DNA of 38,411 nt from assembly GCA_039683575.1 (NCBI GenBank), contig JBDKRC010000171.1, positions 1 to 38,411 of the forward strand. The letters run 5' to 3'. The position numbers and the translations under genes were made by a program. Shown one piece after another: positions 38,356 through 38,411 of the stretch. The DNA is from Armatimonadia bacterium (lineage in GTDB: Bacteria; Armatimonadota; Zipacnadia; Zipacnadales; UBA11051). How positions within the stretch are numbered: position 1 is the stretch's first letter; each line of letters begins with the position of its first letter. Under the pieces are notes generated by a model. That model saw only the letters and a list, made by a program, of their open reading frames with translations, was not told the DNA's origin and searched no databases.

Positions 38356-38411
38356 GGCTCTTCCTCAATTAGTGTGGGCGACATGATCTCATCATGGTAG
38401 AAAGGAGAAAC
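38356..38411 (+). mobile_element. Probable end of an ISL3-like element or related repeat, cut by the window edge
   Basis: GGCTCTTCCTCAATTAGTGTGGG, an exact 23-bp match to the junction palindromes, followed by an SD-like AAAGGAG at the edge; no transposase visible. Confidence 0.45.

Overview
GC-rich bacterial window. The gene content (many prepilin/DUF1559/H-X9-DG genes, secreted proteins ending in a FlgD-Ig-like domain, DUF4838, carbohydrate-active proteins) suggests Armatimonadota or a similar lineage; this is inference. Housekeeping-type genes (rsmE, tex, glmS, a stand-alone rpsE, a lone 2-oxoacid/acetoin dehydrogenase E1-beta) are interleaved with expanded surface-protein families: two tandem 7-repeat beta-propeller proteins, three tandem lipoprotein paralogues, and seven prepilin-like genes plus one start-less orphan C-terminal fragment missed by the ORF track. 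The most notable unexplained structures are: (1) a constant-N/variable-C prepilin-like array at 21.7-25.4 kb punctuated by one hairpin family; (2) a candidate ~220-nt sRNA with a near-consensus sigma70 promoter, four hairpins, C-rich anti-SD-like loops and a terminator at 10.65-10.91 kb; (3) a 41-bp palindrome built from ISL3-like ends exactly at both junctions of a 3 x ~906-bp lipoprotein array, with a matching end at the right window edge; (4) a divergent monocistronic rpsE; (5) several distinct REP-like repeat families, one copy lying in frame inside a CDS. I found no rRNA, tRNA, CRISPR array, integrase or complete transposase. All product calls come from recognising motifs by eye, not from database searches.
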